Positions 37,112 through 50,829 of a DNA stretch of 64,000 bases are shown here, in pieces. Origin of the DNA: the human T2T-CHM13v2.0 reference genome, Homo sapiens; assembly GCF_009914755.1 (NCBI RefSeq), contig NC_060926.1. One strand, 5' to 3'. Position numbers and translations under genes: made by a program. Under the pieces are notes generated by a model. It saw only the letters and a list, made by a program, of their open reading frames with translations. It was not told where the DNA came from and did no database searches. Every line of letters begins with the position of its first letter. The stretch's first letter is position 1.

Positions 37112-40100
37112 GCCATTAGCTACTCCGGCAGCCCCTTGCCTTTCAGGACTGGGGTGGTAACTCCCAGCTGTCACCAGCCCCAAGATACTGTGGAGGGTCA
37201 TCTCAGCGATTCCCAGCACAGGCTGCTGGCTGACAGTGGCACAGTTCAGGTCGTCCATTAGCTTTCTCTGCACACCACGATCCTGAGACAAGCTTGGCTC
37301 GGGGGTCCCACAGAACTGGACAGCCTGTTGGAAACGGGCTCCCGGGGATCGTACACTCACTCCCTAATGTTGGTCTGTGGGGTCGGAGGGGGCAGCAAAA
37401 TGGTGGATGGGAGGAGACCTCAAATGAATGGGTGCTTCACAGAAGAAGTCTCCACGATGTTTTGTTTAACTACTGCGTTCTGAGCAGTCACCCTGCTGGA
37501 AGAGAAGACCCTCGCTCCGGGCCCCACAGCTTCCCCACAGAGCTGGGATATTGGAATAGTGTAAATGACCTTCCTTTCCCCAAAATGCCCCCAGAAGGCC
37601 CTTGCCCTCCGCCTTGTCTCACTTGTGTCAGAGGGCCTGCTGTCAGCAGGGCTGCCTCCCAGGGTCTGTCCCAGCACAGGGCGCCCTTTAGGTTGTGTGT
37701 TTCACACTGCAACAGGCAGGGCCTTGCAGGCAACAGAGGAGCTTGCAGATGGGGTAATTTGGGAGCACTGTGCCTGGGTGTCTCTGGGTCAGGCAGGAAA
37801 GTGGTCAATGGCAGGGAGGCCCCACGAGGACAGTCAGGCTGGGGGCATGGGAAAGGCCCCCGCCGAAGGGGCAGACTGGCCTGGGCTGTGGGGATGTGAA
37901 GGAAGGAATGAGGCTGGAAGAAGAGGGCTAGGGTCTCTAGCTCATCTTGGTTTGACTGGGACTTCATTGGTTTTAAAAGGGAAAGTCCTGCATTCAGGGA
38001 AACAGTCCCCTCTCCACCCTGAGGCCCAGGCAAATGGGAGGGAATTGGTCACTCTGAAGCGGGGCTGGGTCTAGTGTGGTTGGAGTCGGGGAGATCCTAG
38101 GGGAGTGGCTCCGTGGGGCTGGGTGTGTGTGGGGTGCTGTCAGGGGCTGAGCTGTACTCCCAAGGAGGTCAGGCTGGAAGGGCAAGTCAGGGTGGGGTCC
38201 CCGAGGGCCTACTGATGGACCCCGACTTCATTATACGTCGATTAAATAGGGCTGGGCGTTGCCCTGTCCAGCTTGGCGCAGAGTTCACACTAAGCTGTTC
38301 ACATTGGGAGCAGCCAGTTGCTTGCATTGCATTCCTTAACTGGTCCAGCCTTGTGCAGACTGGCCTGCTGGAGTGGGCTCTGCCTTGAGGTGTAGGAACC
38401 GAGTGCAGACCCCAGCTCAGCCCCAACTGCCCGTGAGAATTGGGGGCCGTGCCTTGCCTGTCTGCCCCTTGATTTTCTCCTTGTAGAATGGGTGCTGGAT
38501 TTTGCTGTCCAAGGCCCTGCCCAGAACAGCACTTCCTGACTCTTGCACTGGGTCTTTCTCTGGCCCAGCTGAGGTCCCTGAGCCCACACCTGCCGCCTGC
38601 AGAGCTCCATCGCCTTGGCGGCTACCAGGGCTCCAATCTGGCGCTCGGCCCTTCCTCCCCTGGCCTCCCTCTTTGTGTCCAGGAACTGGCTTCCCTTACC
38701 TCGCCTCTAGTCCTGGCCTCCCTCAGGGAGTGAGGGTCTTCTGGGCCCCTCCAGGGCTCCAGGGCTGGTGTCCTGCCCCTGCACCCCACTCCCCAGGCAG
38801 TCACCCGGTGCCCTGTGGGTTTCCGTTACCCTCCCATGGCCGGTCCTCCAGGGAAGCCCATCCCACCTCCGGCTGAGCCAACCTCGTTTTCTCAAGAGCT
38901 ATTAACACACAACGGAAAAAGTGTTGTGGATGATGGAAATGAGGTGAAGTGAATTCAAGAGCCCGCTTTTAGAGGCTGTACTTTCAGAGGTCAACTCAAG
39001 TGTTTCTCTCATCTGCTTTTCAAAATTAGAACAGAAGGTATTTAAATAATCTTGGATTTCATCCCTCAACTGAGGCTCTCTTGTGGGGCTGGCGCCTGAG
39101 TGCCAGGTTCGGCCGGCTCTGCTGCCCTCTGTCCTGGGCCCATCCAAGCATAGCTGGCAGCGATCCGGACAGAGGGGGGTGCCCACCGTGGAGAAGGTTC
39201 AGAGCCCATGACTTCAGCCCCTCCCCACCCACAGATGCAGGAGACTGAGGCACAAAGAGGAGGTGCCTCACTAGGGCCGGCTTGGGTTTATAGTGTGCCC
39301 TCGGAAAGCTCTGGAAGAATGGAGTCTACGTTTCGGCTCAAGCTGCAGCCAGAAGCAGCCATGGGAACCCAGCACCCAGCCAGACCCGAGCCTCCTGGGC
39401 CGCTGAAAAACAAACCAGACCAGAGCCCCCAAGACGGGACCCGTGTCAGCAGAGCTATGGGGAGAATTGCACGGCGCGTGCCTTCTGCTGCTTAAATCCA
39501 TCCCGCTAAGTGCTGGGGGCTTTATGCGCTATGGGACTCTCAGTCCGGGGAAAGGCCTTTTAATAAGTTATTATTAAAACCATTTGCCTTTTCACTGTTT
39601 GCATATATAATTCTTGAAATATCTCCTTCCTAATGAGCCCGGATATTGATATTCAACAGAGTTCTCTCCCCTTCGAGGCCCATCATCCCTGTCATAAAGC
39701 TGCCCTGGCGAGGGCCCACCTGGGAGGGGAGAGGGGTTTACAATCCCCCCGCCAAGCTTGAGGGGCAGGAGCTGTAACGTGTCCACGGGAAGCTGCAGGG
39801 TGAGTTCCTGGAGTGGCCTGGCTTTTCTCAGCACATAGAGGGGGCTCCACAGCAGTGGGGGAGAGAAGCAAAAGGTGCTGAGCTTCTCCAGCACTTGCCT
39901 CCTGCGGCGGGGGTGGCCAATGGCCGCAGGAGTCCTCAGGTGTCTTCAGACTGTGAGGAGTCAGGCCAGCGGTCCCTGCAAGCCTGGTGCAGCCTGGCAG
40001 CCAGCGCCTTAGCCCTCAGCCCTCAGCCCACAGCTCTCTTGCATAGGCGCTCTCAGGCCTGGGTGTGCTGTTTATGGGGCCCAGGGTGAAATGGAATTGG

Positions 40101-41674
40101 AGGCCCCCAGTTCAGAAGGCCTTCAGACTTCCAAGGCAGCGATGGCCAGGCCTTGAACAGAGCGTGGGGTCCCTGTGGGCTCAGCCGGGCCCTATGAGTC
40201 TGCCCAGGCCTCACACCTGTGGAGCTGGCCCTGGGGGCCATCGTCCTCCTCTTCCTCCCCTTTGGCCATTTTTTAGGTTCAGAAACAGATGGATGGAGAG
40301 GTCACAGTCCTCTCCACAGTCCTCACCAAGCAGGTCCAGTCCCTGCTTGGCCTGGACCAAGACTAAGACCAGAGTGGCCTCTGGGCCTGTGGGTTGTTGT
40401 CTGGACACCCAGCATGGGAGGGACTGGGAGGACGCCCGGCCAGTGAGGGAAGGCCCGAGGTCCTGGGCCTGCACTGCCACCTCCAGGAGACACCAGGATG
40501 GCTGGGGCCGCCTCCTTTCTCCCACCCTCCCTCTCCCAGCACACAACACTGGCCATTCACATTTCAGCTGCCAGAGGGCAGGAGGCCCGAGTGTGCCAGT
40601 CATCAGTACTTACAGCTCCTTCCTCGTGCGGGACACTGCTGGGGTTGGGGCGTGGCAGGCGGTGAGGTGGAGGGTCCCAGCTCCTGAGCTCCAGCCTTCG
40701 AGGGAGACAGACTCATGAATCACCACCGTGCAAGTGCTGGGAATATTCCTGGGACAGGGAGCACACATGGAGGCCTCTCCACGCCCAAGGAAGGGAAGGG
40801 ACAGCACTGGAGGCACCAAACGGACAAGAGTTCGGTGCAGCTCAGAAACTGAAACAGGTCAGAGGGGCAGGGCTGGGCCAGGAGGGCACTCAGGGTTTGG
40901 AGAAAGGAGGTTGGAAGGGCTGGTAGGGACAGACCCGGACAGTGTGGTAGGAACGTTTCATTCAAGTGCAACCGAGAAATGGTGTCGTGATCCGAGATGT
41001 GTTTTCAGGGGCTCCTGCTGGCTGCAGTGCATGCGATGGATGGAGTGGCAGAATGGGAGCCAGAGGACCCGAGAGGAGACCTGTGCATGGGTCTAGGCCT
41101 CCCGAGGACCGAACGAGTCCTCAGACAGCACCAGGGAATGGACCCTGGTCTGGGCCAGCCTCTCCTTCCAGGATGAAGAAATGAGGAAAATCCAACAGTG
41201 GAACTCATACAACTTTGAAGACCAGGAGGAAAAGAACTGTTTCCCTGAAAATGCAAGGCGGCTTTGTCTACTTAGCTTCTCCATTAGCTTGAATTCAACC
41301 TGAAGGGTCTTTGCATTTTGATTTTAATAGCAGTTGCAGCTTCCTAAAGAGGCCAGGATCTTAACACGCCCCTCAGCAGTGTATTAGAGACCTTTCTCCA
41401 TCTCCCTGCCAGCAAAGTGTGTTACAGTTTTCGTTAAAATTCTTTATGTGGCCTGATGGGTGTAATGATGTCTCTGTTGTGCAAATATGCCCTTCCCTGG
41501 CTGCTCGTGACTTCAGGCATCTTTTCAGGTTTGCTGGATTTATTTGCTCTGACTCACTTCTGCCCATTCGTATCTCTTGCCCACTTTATTGCTGGTTGTC
41601 TGGCTTTTTCCTGTGGGTTCATAAACGCTTACTGTATATTTGAGGCATTAACACCTTATTGGTCATCTGCGTTA

Positions 41675-41989
<315 letters not shown>

Positions 41990-42571
41990 TCAAAGCATAT
42001 ACAAATACAGATGAGTACACGCTTTAGAAGTGTATACTGTGATGAATTTTGACTGACTGAGCACACCCATGTGATCTCCAGCAAATCAAGATTTAGAAAG
42101 AACGCGATTGCCCCCTCCCGCCCTTCACAGCGATCAGCCCCTGGAGGTGAACCCTGTCCTGAACTCCTGGCTCCAAAGATTAGCTTTGAGCTTTACCTAG
42201 ATGAATTCACACTGGCTGTACTCTTTCCTGATTATGAAAATAACATGGTCATTTACACAATTTAGAAAACATAGCAATGTATAAAGAAGAAAGCATTTGT
42301 GTGGTTTAATATACTTTCTACATTCATCATCCATTTCTACTTTTTTCTTCTGTGAGTTGCCTATGAGGTCTTTACCTCTTTTTCCCACTGAAAGCTTGGC
42401 TTTAAAAAATAATTGTGTTAAAGCACCCTTCCTACAGTAAGGATATGAACTCTCTGTTACCTTTGTTACTTGTATTTTTTCCTGACTTCTTATTTGCTTA
42501 ATTTTATTATTTGAGGTATGAATACTTTCCCATTTTAGATAAAATTTTCCTTTGTTATTTGTTTTCATACT

Positions 42572-42920
42572 TGCTATGAAATGTTTCAAAGGGAAATATG
42601 TTTATTCCTTTTGAAACTCACGTTGAAACTGAATCCCCAAGGTAACAGTATTGAGAGGCGGGGCCTTTAGGAGGCGGGTAATCCCTTCGTGGATTGGTAG
42701 ATCAGTGGGTTCTCACAGGAGGGGTTGGTTACCACAAGCATGGGGCTGTTATAATGGCCACGCTCTGATGCAGTACGAGGCCCTGGCCAGAAGCCCATCG
42801 GATGCGGCTCCTGAACCTGAGGCCTCCCAGCTTCCAGAACTGGCAGAAACAAATGCCTTTTCTTAATAAATTCCCCAGCCTCAGGTACTCTGTTATAGCA
42901 GCAGAAGATGCTCTAAGACA
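42572..42920 (+). mobile_element. MST(C/D)-like MaLR LTR
   Basis: aaactcacgttgaaactgaatccccaaggtaacagtattgagaggcggggcc...ataaattccccagcctcaggtactctgttatagcagcagaagatgctctaagaca. Confidence 0.8.
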
Positions 42921-44994
42921 ATAGAGTACTTTAAAAGATCTTACCCAACTTACTATAAAGTCAGTTAAACGTTCACCTCTATTTTCTTTGAAAGATTTTA
43001 TGGCTTCTTTTCAACGTTCAGCTTGTCAATCTATTTGGAATTTACTTTGGGATATGGTTTGGAGTGACACTCTTAACTTGATTTTTTTCCCAAGGAGTCA
43101 CTCTTTTAAGCATTATTAATTGAAAATTCCATCCTCAGTCTAATCGTCCGTAACACAACTTTGTCCACGTGTTCAGCCTTTGCTAGAAGCGTCTTTTTCA
43201 GGGGCATCCTCTACCTGTCATCGGCTGCACCATGAAGTTCCTGTTTTGATTGCTTTCTCACTTGTTTTAATATCCCCAAAGGCAAGCCTCCTCCACTGCC
43301 CCTCTTTCCAAAAATGTAGAATTATTCTTATCCCTTTCTTCTTTCATCTTCAGAATTATTTAGTTAAGGTTTTGGAGTCGCATTAATTTGACTTATTTAC
43401 AGTGTAGTTGGTCAGAAGTACACCCCATCTCTCCTCATTGTTTCTTCTTCGTCACATCTCATTTCAGCGAATCAAAGTTTTCTGTTTGCTGCAGCATCTT
43501 TCCTGCTGGAGTCTGTCAATGCTCTGAGTGCAAGATGAGATGGTCTCAGATATTTTGTCCTCAGGGACTTGTGCGGTGCTTGGCATGTCGTGGGACTCCA
43601 TGGACAGATGGAGCGACACACTGGGGACTGACGAGGGGGCCCCCCACCCCTTTTCAGAAATCACATTGCTGTGTAAAATTTTATTTCACAAATGGCTCTC
43701 TTGCTTAAAACTGTTTGAGAACTCATACCTCTGTGCAAAACACTAAGCCGCCAGTAGTGAGATGAAGCTCTCAGCTCCAGGAAGGGAGATATTGGAAATC
43801 GGGGAATGTTTCTGGCAACCTCAGCTTCCCAACACGTGGGTGGTCTTCGGATCCACTTACACATAAAACCCAGGCAATGTTGAACTGTTTTAAAGGGAAA
43901 GGGGAGTAACGCGAGTGGAAGCGATCATGAAGTGTCTCTTTTCATGCGGAACATTCCAGTTGAGCCATCTCACCATTCTTAAGGAAGAAGGTTGAGGGAA
44001 GCAGTGGCGGATGGGTGGTCTGGGCAAGGTGAGGTCACCCGGGGGCTCCCCCACCAGCTGATGTAGGTGGAGAGACGGCCTTCACCTCCCTAGAAGCAGC
44101 AAATGGGGCATATTCTCTTTTCTTGGTGGCTTCAAAGAGCACAGAAGAGTATATTTCCTGGTGTAAATTCACTCGCAAGACTTGATTCTTTTTCCTCCTG
44201 CCAAAGGAATTTCCATTCAGTATCTTCTACTGGGGCAGAGTTTCTTTCAAGCAATGCATTTCCTGAGGAGTGAGACTGGCAAACTCTGTGGTCTTTGATG
44301 AGCCTCACTGTTGAAGGGAAAACAGCCCTTTTCTTTCTTGTTCCTTCAACCCTCACTGACAGTAATTGGCTGTTGCCTCTTACGATTTCTCCAGAGAAAT
44401 GGAAATAGCAGCTCAGAGTCCTAAAACAATGTCCTTTGATCTAAAAGTTCCAGGAAATAAAACACCTTTGCAGTTATGGAGTCCAGACAGGGACGCATTT
44501 GCAGAAGGTCCCGGAGCTCGGCTGCTGCCCCTTGCACGTCAAGTGTGGCGTCCTCAGGCCACCATGGGGAGTCCTCCACGCAGTCTGGCTCTCTTTCTGC
44601 TTGCAGACGTCTGCAAATGACTCCACGGATGACATGCACCCTCACAGCCCACACCTCAGTGCGTGTCACAGTGACCTATTCCTAGGACTATTGCAACAGC
44701 CTCGAAGTGCCTCCTTTCCCAGACCTCTTCCTGCTCAAATTCACCTTCACCTGCATGGCAGAGCCTCCATGTGAAGTGTGGAGATTCCTCCAGAAGCAGC
44801 CAGGGAAAGCCAGCCGGAGCAGGGGCTGCTGGCAAGGTCTGGTTTTCCGGGTGCTGGAAGCCCAGCTCATCCAGAGGACGGCCCATCACACTGCATTCTC
44901 AGGAAGACAGCATCCCGTGTAAGGGGCTCCCCCCACCCCGTATTCACAGACCTGACAGCAGGCATGTTTGCTAGTCAGGTAAGATGTATCTGGC

Positions 44995-45376
44995 TGTTAT
45001 GGGCTGAGCTGTGTCCCACTCAATTAATATATTTTCATATATTGAAGTTCTAACCTCAGTACCTCAGAGTGTGACTGTATTTGGAGGCAGGGTCTTTAAA
45101 GAAGGAATGAAGTTATAGTGAGGTCACTGGAGTGGGCCCTAGTGACTGGTGTCCTTATAGGAAGAGGAAATTGGGACACAGCACCCAGGGAGGGATGCCC
45201 AAGTGAGGACACAGCGGGAGGATGGTGTCTACAAGCCAAGGGGAGAGACCTCAGAAGAAACCACTCCTGCTGCAACCTTGATCTTGGACTTAGGGCCTCC
45301 AGAACTGTGAGGATACCTGCTGTTCAAGCCCCTCGTCTGGGGTATGTTGTCATGACGGCCTGAGCGGGCTACCACA
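44995..45376 (+). mobile_element. MLT1B-like solo LTR
   Basis: tgttatgggctgagctgtgtcc...cagtacctcagagtgtgactgtatttggag...ctccagaactgtgag; TSD-like ctggc/caggc. Confidence 0.87.
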
Positions 45377-45521
45377 CAGGCTGACTAGACCTCGGGCTGT
45401 TCTTTAACTTCTCGCATAAGATTAAAGGATTCCTTTAGATTGTCTAAACCACTGGTAGAATGGGAAGTAGGTGTAGTGTATTTAAACCAGTTAGTTACAC
45501 AGATTACACAGTGAACTCAAG

Positions 45522-45670
45522 TCATGGTCCTCAGGCTGGGCTGCCTGTGGGGCTATCTGGGGAGCTTTCACAAACACGAAGCTTGGGTCCCATTTTCATG
45601 GTTCTGGTTGATTGGCCTGAGGTGCAGCCAGGGCTCTGCAAGCTTCACAGATAATTGTCACGCATGGCCA
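45522..45670. mobile_element. MER5A-like hAT DNA transposon fragment
   Basis: ggtcctcaggctgggctgc...tctggggagcttt...ttctggttgattggcctgaggtgcagcc. Confidence 0.45.
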
Positions 45671-47450
45671 TTCTGTGTGTTCTACATCAGCCCCCAGGTC
45701 CCCATCAAGAAATGTGCTAGACACTCTCCTCCTGGAGGCCCAGATGCTCTGCTTGGAGGCTGGGACCTCTCCGGGCGGTGTGTGTCTGTGAGGGGCTCTG
45801 CAAGGGGATTAAAGACCCTTGTTGGCAAGAAGACTTATTTCCTGTGCAGTGGAACAATATTCTCCTAGGCCACACACGCAAAGTTTAAAAAGTAACTATT
45901 TTTTTATGGGTATCCCTAGTTCATGAAAAAAATTCAATGAGCCCAACACTTACGATATGTACACTTTTCTGTCTGTGTATTATACTTTAATACACACTTG
46001 CAAGAAGTGATTATTAGTTGTCCATAAGCAAAAGCTTATTTTTGGAGTCAAAGCTCCATGGAGCCTGATAACACAAGCGTAACCAAATGTCATCCGGATC
46101 AACCCAGTTGTGTAAACTCTGCCAATTCTGGGTTTCTTCCCCCCGTCTTTCTGGGCTGGGTCCAGACTCTGCTGGGATGGAGTGGCCCCTGCCTGGTGTA
46201 TGCGGGGGAAGCCTCAGGCCCATCTCTCTGGGTCTCGGCTAGCCTCTGCCATGCCCTTTGCCAACTGGCATTGATCCTGGCTGGGCTGCAGGCCCCACCT
46301 CCAAATCCCAGCTTGGGAATCACATCTCTGCATCTCTATCTGGGATGAGCCCGAGCTACTGGGTGGGAGCCCCAGAAAATGGCTGAGTTCCAGCCAGCTT
46401 GAAGACTCCTCCCAAGGGGAAGGCAGGAAAGGTGGGAGAGTTGGGCCATTGGGGGCGCGAGCTGGGGTGGGTGGGCAGCGGTCAGCTGGCACAGCATGAG
46501 GACAGGCAGTGCTCGAGGTCCCCATGGCGAGCGTGTGGGCAAATGTCAGGGCAGGGCATCAGTGCAGGCGACAACAGCCCCTTGTCTCCCCTCCCACTCT
46601 CCCCCCACCACAGAGGACCTTGGTGGCGGGTGGAGAAGGAGAAGCGTCGGGGTAGAAGCAGATGACCTCCTCCGCTCTGCCCTGCTGTGCAAGGACTTTG
46701 TGCGTCAGGCCTGAGCTGAGGGTGGAGAGAAGCTTTAAACTGATGAGAAGTTCAAGTTTTAATTTAGATCAGACTGGACAGGGATGGGGACAGCACCCAT
46801 CTCCCAGGTCGGGCCGCCCCCAGCCAGGCCAGCTCATTCAGGAATGCAGTGGCCACAGTTTCCACGTGAGACCTTGTCTGTGGCCTGTGGGATCCAGGAA
46901 TCTGAGGCCTCTGCTGACTCCTCAGCCTCTGGACGTGCAGAGCCTCCTGGGGCTCCTGAAGCCCCCGGAAGTTCACCTCTCCGGGCTGCTGTGTCACGCC
47001 CCTCATCTGCATTGAACCCTGTTGGTGCAGATGCGAGGCCCAGCACCTCCTCGAGCCCCTCAGAACGCACTGCAGTGCAATGTGTGCATGGCATAGACCT
47101 TCCTGGGAGAGTCCTCGTGGACGCAGAGGAAGGTGTGACAGTGTGGTGGCCAAGCCCCCCCTCGTAGTCTTCCTGCTGGGCATCTACCTCCTGTCCCATA
47201 ATGTGTCCCAGGCCCTGGCTTCTTGCTGATGTCAGGGCGAACACACTGGAATCCCCTGGGAATCAACGCTTGTGCCACTGGGGGTTTCTGGCCTCTGGCA
47301 AGTGCTGGTCAGTGGGAGATGGAGTCAGCCGTCACCTTTCCTCCATGGCCGGGTGGCCCTGGTCCCCTCTGTACACCGCCCGGGGTGTGGCCCGCTGCAC
47401 TGCCGGTCTTGGGTGAGCTAACAACACGCCCTGGTGCCAGTTCTTCCTCC

Positions 47451-48264
47451 TGATATGGGGGAAGGGCAGGGAAGAGCTGGTAGGGAAGAAGGGCGGGTCC
47501 CTGGTGAGGGCTCCACCCCCGGGCCTGTGCCCACGGACCTAGGTGAGGACAGGCACTCCTGCCTTCACACCCAAATGTTGCATTTCCCAAGACCACCCTG
47601 GCCTGCCACGCCCCCATCTTGTGCCTATGAAAATGAAAAGGGCTGAGGCCCCAGCAGGCAGGCACACAAGCAGCTGGACGTGGAGAGGAGCACATCAGTG
47701 GGGGCACACACGGGTGGCCGGATGTGGAGAGGAGCACCCTGACACACACCGGCATGCCGCAGGCCACCGACGGGCAGAAGCAGAATGATGTGGAGTTTGG
47801 CTGGGGCAGTCAGAGGAGAGCCCAGGCCACTGAGCAGCCCAGCTCCCGGGGAAAACCTTCCCACTCCATCCCCCTTTTGACTTCCCCTCTGCTGAGAGCT
47901 ACCTCCACTCAGTAAAACCTTGCACTCATTCTCCCAGCGCACGTGTGACCTGATCCTTCTGGTACACCAAGGAAGAACCTGGGATACAGAAAGCCCGTTG
48001 TCCTTGCGACAAGGCAGAGGGTGTGATTGAGCTGGTTAACGCAAGCTGCCTAGAGACAGCAAAACTAAAAGACAACACTGTGACACACGCCCACAGGGGC
48101 TTCAGGGGCTGAAAACATTCACCCCTAGACACTGCCTGGGGTTAGAGCCCCACAGCCTGCCCGTCTATATGCTCCCCTAGAGGTCTGAGAGCGGGGCATG
48201 AAGAAGTGAGTCACACACCCATTGCACACCCTGCAAGGGGGACGAGGGAACATTTCTCGTTTCA
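47451..48264 (+). mobile_element. ERV1 solo LTR (LTR1-like, ~810 bp)
   Basis: TG...CA termini (tgatatggggg...tctcgtttca) with a 4-bp TSD ctcc (47447-47450 / 48265-48268); LTR1-type body (ccaagaccaccctggcctgccacgccccc, agtaaaaccttgcactcatt). Confidence 0.85.
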
Positions 48265-48427
48265 CTCCCACTCTTGCTCTTACTCCTGTTAGTGGGGGTC
48301 ACAGCCCCCAACAGAGGGCGGCCTGGAAAGCTCTGCGTCTTAGGCTCTGCTTTCAGCAGAAGCCGGCTGATGTTGTGCCTCCTGTCATTCTTGATTCAGC
48401 AGATGCAGGGCAGCAGCTTCATGGCCC

Positions 48428-48641
48428 GGGGGTGCTGCGTCTGGGGGGTGCTGCATCTGGGGGGTGCTGTATCTCGGGGGGTGCTGTGCCTGGGGGGTGC
48501 TGTGTCTCAGGGGGCGCTGCATTTGGGAGTGCTGCATCTCGGGGGATGCTGTGCCTGGGGGGTGCTGCATCTTGGGCGGTGCTGTATCTGGGGGGTGCTG
48601 CATCTGGGGGGTGCTGCGTCTCGGGGGGTGCTGCGCCTGGG
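48428..48641. repeat. G-rich 16-18 bp VNTR (ggggggtgctgcatct), ~13 copies
   Basis: Direct reading. Confidence 0.93.
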
Positions 48642-48984
48642 TTTCCTGTTGTTCCACAGGCACTGAAGGTCCCAGGGCTGATCTGTCCACCTGGAACCAG
48701 CTGGGGCTATAGCCACACCGGGCTGTGCTCCAGCTTCTGAGGCCTCTGCTGGGGAGTCCCCGAGAGCCCTCTGAGCTCTGCCTTTCGCACGGTCTCTCTA
48801 GCAGGTGGAGAGGGGATGCTGGTGGCTGAGAACCACTGCGGGGCGGGGTGGACAGTGTGAGCCTGGGCTCTCAACACCAGCCATGCATTTCGGCATCCCT
48901 AATTCTTTGTTTTGCCTTTAATCTTTATTAAATTACTGTCGAAACTAACTCACTCTTCATAATTTTCACAAAGTAGTCTAGGTG

Positions 48985-49170
48985 AAATAAAACAGACTTT
49001 GGAGCCAGAAGAATCGAAATAAAATTCTCATTTCCCAATTACTTGCTGTGCTACCTGGTACAAATGACTTGGCCTGTCTGAGCCTGTCTGCATTTTTAAA
49101 AGGAAGTAACGACACCTGCCTCATGATACAGCTGAAAGGACTAAGTTAGATGAAATGTCTCTGGTCCTGA
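48985..49170 (+). mobile_element. MIR
   Basis: cagactttggagccaga...ttacttgctgtgctacctgg..caaatgactt...cacctgcctcat. Confidence 0.6.
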
Positions 49171-49519
49171 GCAGGGCACCAGTGGTGCCCACGGTGCCGG
49201 TTACTGGGGTGAGTGTCACTTGTGTTGAACTGAGCAGGGGGCCAAGCGCCAGTCCTGGGCTGTATCTGTATCTCCACGGAAGATCAAAACGTGGGGGCCG
49301 AGGAGTCCTCTATGGATTGTTTCTTCTGAACAGAAACAGTGTGTGAAGTCAAGCGGGGGAGCCCTCCCTTTCCAGAAGCGAGTCATTGAAGAAATGCCCC
49401 TGTGCGGACTCCCCACACGTTAGCACTGGCGGCCAGGCCGGCCTCCCATGGAGAGCCCCTCTTCAGAGCCACCTTGCCCCCATTTCCCCCTCAACTGCTC
49501 AGCTCACTGGGGAGGAAGG

Positions 49520-49790
49520 CAGCGAAGTTGTAAAAACTTACTTTTTGGAAAAATAAGAATTATGGGGAAGGACATTAATTTAAAAGCTTTTAAGGAGCCA
49601 ATTCACCTGTGAAAGTGCTCCCCAGGTGAGGGCCTTCCTGTGTGGAGAACAGCCCGGTCTTTAAAAGCATTTTAATTAATGTTGCTGAGAAACACGCCGA
49701 TGGTATTTAAGTCTGAAGAGCAGAGGTACCAGCCAAGAGTTTTATGACGTGGTGCTAGTTCTCTTAAAGGCTGTTGAAATAATGTTCCCG
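49520..49790. promoter_or_regulatory. AT-rich homeodomain-motif island (candidate enhancer)
   Basis: TTAATTAA 49672-49679; TTTTATGAC 49740-49748 overlapping TGACGT; motif evidence only. Confidence 0.3.
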
Positions 49791-50409
49791 TGCACTCAGC
49801 CTCCCCACTTAGTGCGGGTGGCGGCCAAGAGGAAGTGCTGGAATCCTCGGTGGCCTAACCCCGGCCCTCAGGACAGAACAGAAGGCAGGCGGCCCCGGCC
49901 AGGACATGCCCAGTGGAATTTCAGAGGCACTTTCGGGAACACAGCGCCTTCGCACCTTCTGCTCGGTACACACCTCGAGGGGTGGCAGCCAGCTCTTGGC
50001 GGCCCACCCAGCACCCTGAAGCCTGAACTGCCTGGACTGTCGCTGAGCAAATGCCAGGGCCCGAAGAGGACCTGGAAGAGGGCGGGTGAGGGGCTGCAGG
50101 CGTGTGGGGCCTGGATGATCCCATCTTGACGACGAGCTGGGAACCGCAGACCGGTGTCATCCTGGCTGGAGATGGAGGTCTCTACATGGCTCCCTGTGTG
50201 GCCAGACCACTGTGGCTGGACCAGAGTTTCCCGATAGCCTCTGGGAATGGCAGGGACAGTGGGGGAGGAGGTCCCACGGGATTTTATTAACAGAAGGGGG
50301 GAAAGAGGGTAGAGAAAGGTAATGGGAACAAGTAGCTGAAAATATGCCCTGGAGAGCAGGGGAGGAGGCTGAGCAGGCAACTTCAAAAGGGATGGAAGAA
50401 AATGGGGGC

Positions 50410-50829
50410 TGCGGAGAGTTGAAGAGTGACCCCAAAAGATATGTCCATCCAGAACCTCAGAATGTGACCTTGTTTGGAATAAGGGCTTTTGAGGATATAA
50501 TTCAGGTAAGAATCTCGGGAGGAGATGGTCCTGGATTAGGGTGGGGCCTAAATCCGAAGACAGTTGACCTTATAAGGGATAGAAGGGGACACAGCAGCAC
50601 AGGGGAGGAGGCCACGTGAAGATGGAGACAGCTCAGAGTGATTCGGCCACCAGCCAAGGGATGCAGGGGGCTGCGGGAAGCTGCAGGAGGCGGGAGGGAT
50701 GCCCCTTAGAGCCTCTGGAGGGAGCAAGACTCTGTCTGCCCCTGGATTTCAGACTTTGGAGCTCCACAACTGTGAGAGAATAAATCTTTGTTGCTCTGTG
50801 TTACAGCAGCCCGGGGGCACAGGCACGCA
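50410..50829 (+). mobile_element. MLT1C-like LTR
   Basis: ccccaaaagatatgtccatccagaacctcagaatgtgaccttgtttggaataaggg...ggccacgtgaagatggag...aactgtgagagaataaat. Confidence 0.85.

Noticed and set aside
37294-40718. GC-rich ORFs of ~200 aa (37294-37899, 40065-40718; also 4817-5458)
   Set aside because: No recognisable domain, overlapping ORFs on both strands, and expected by chance in GC-rich DNA; small spliced or lncRNA exons cannot be excluded by eye
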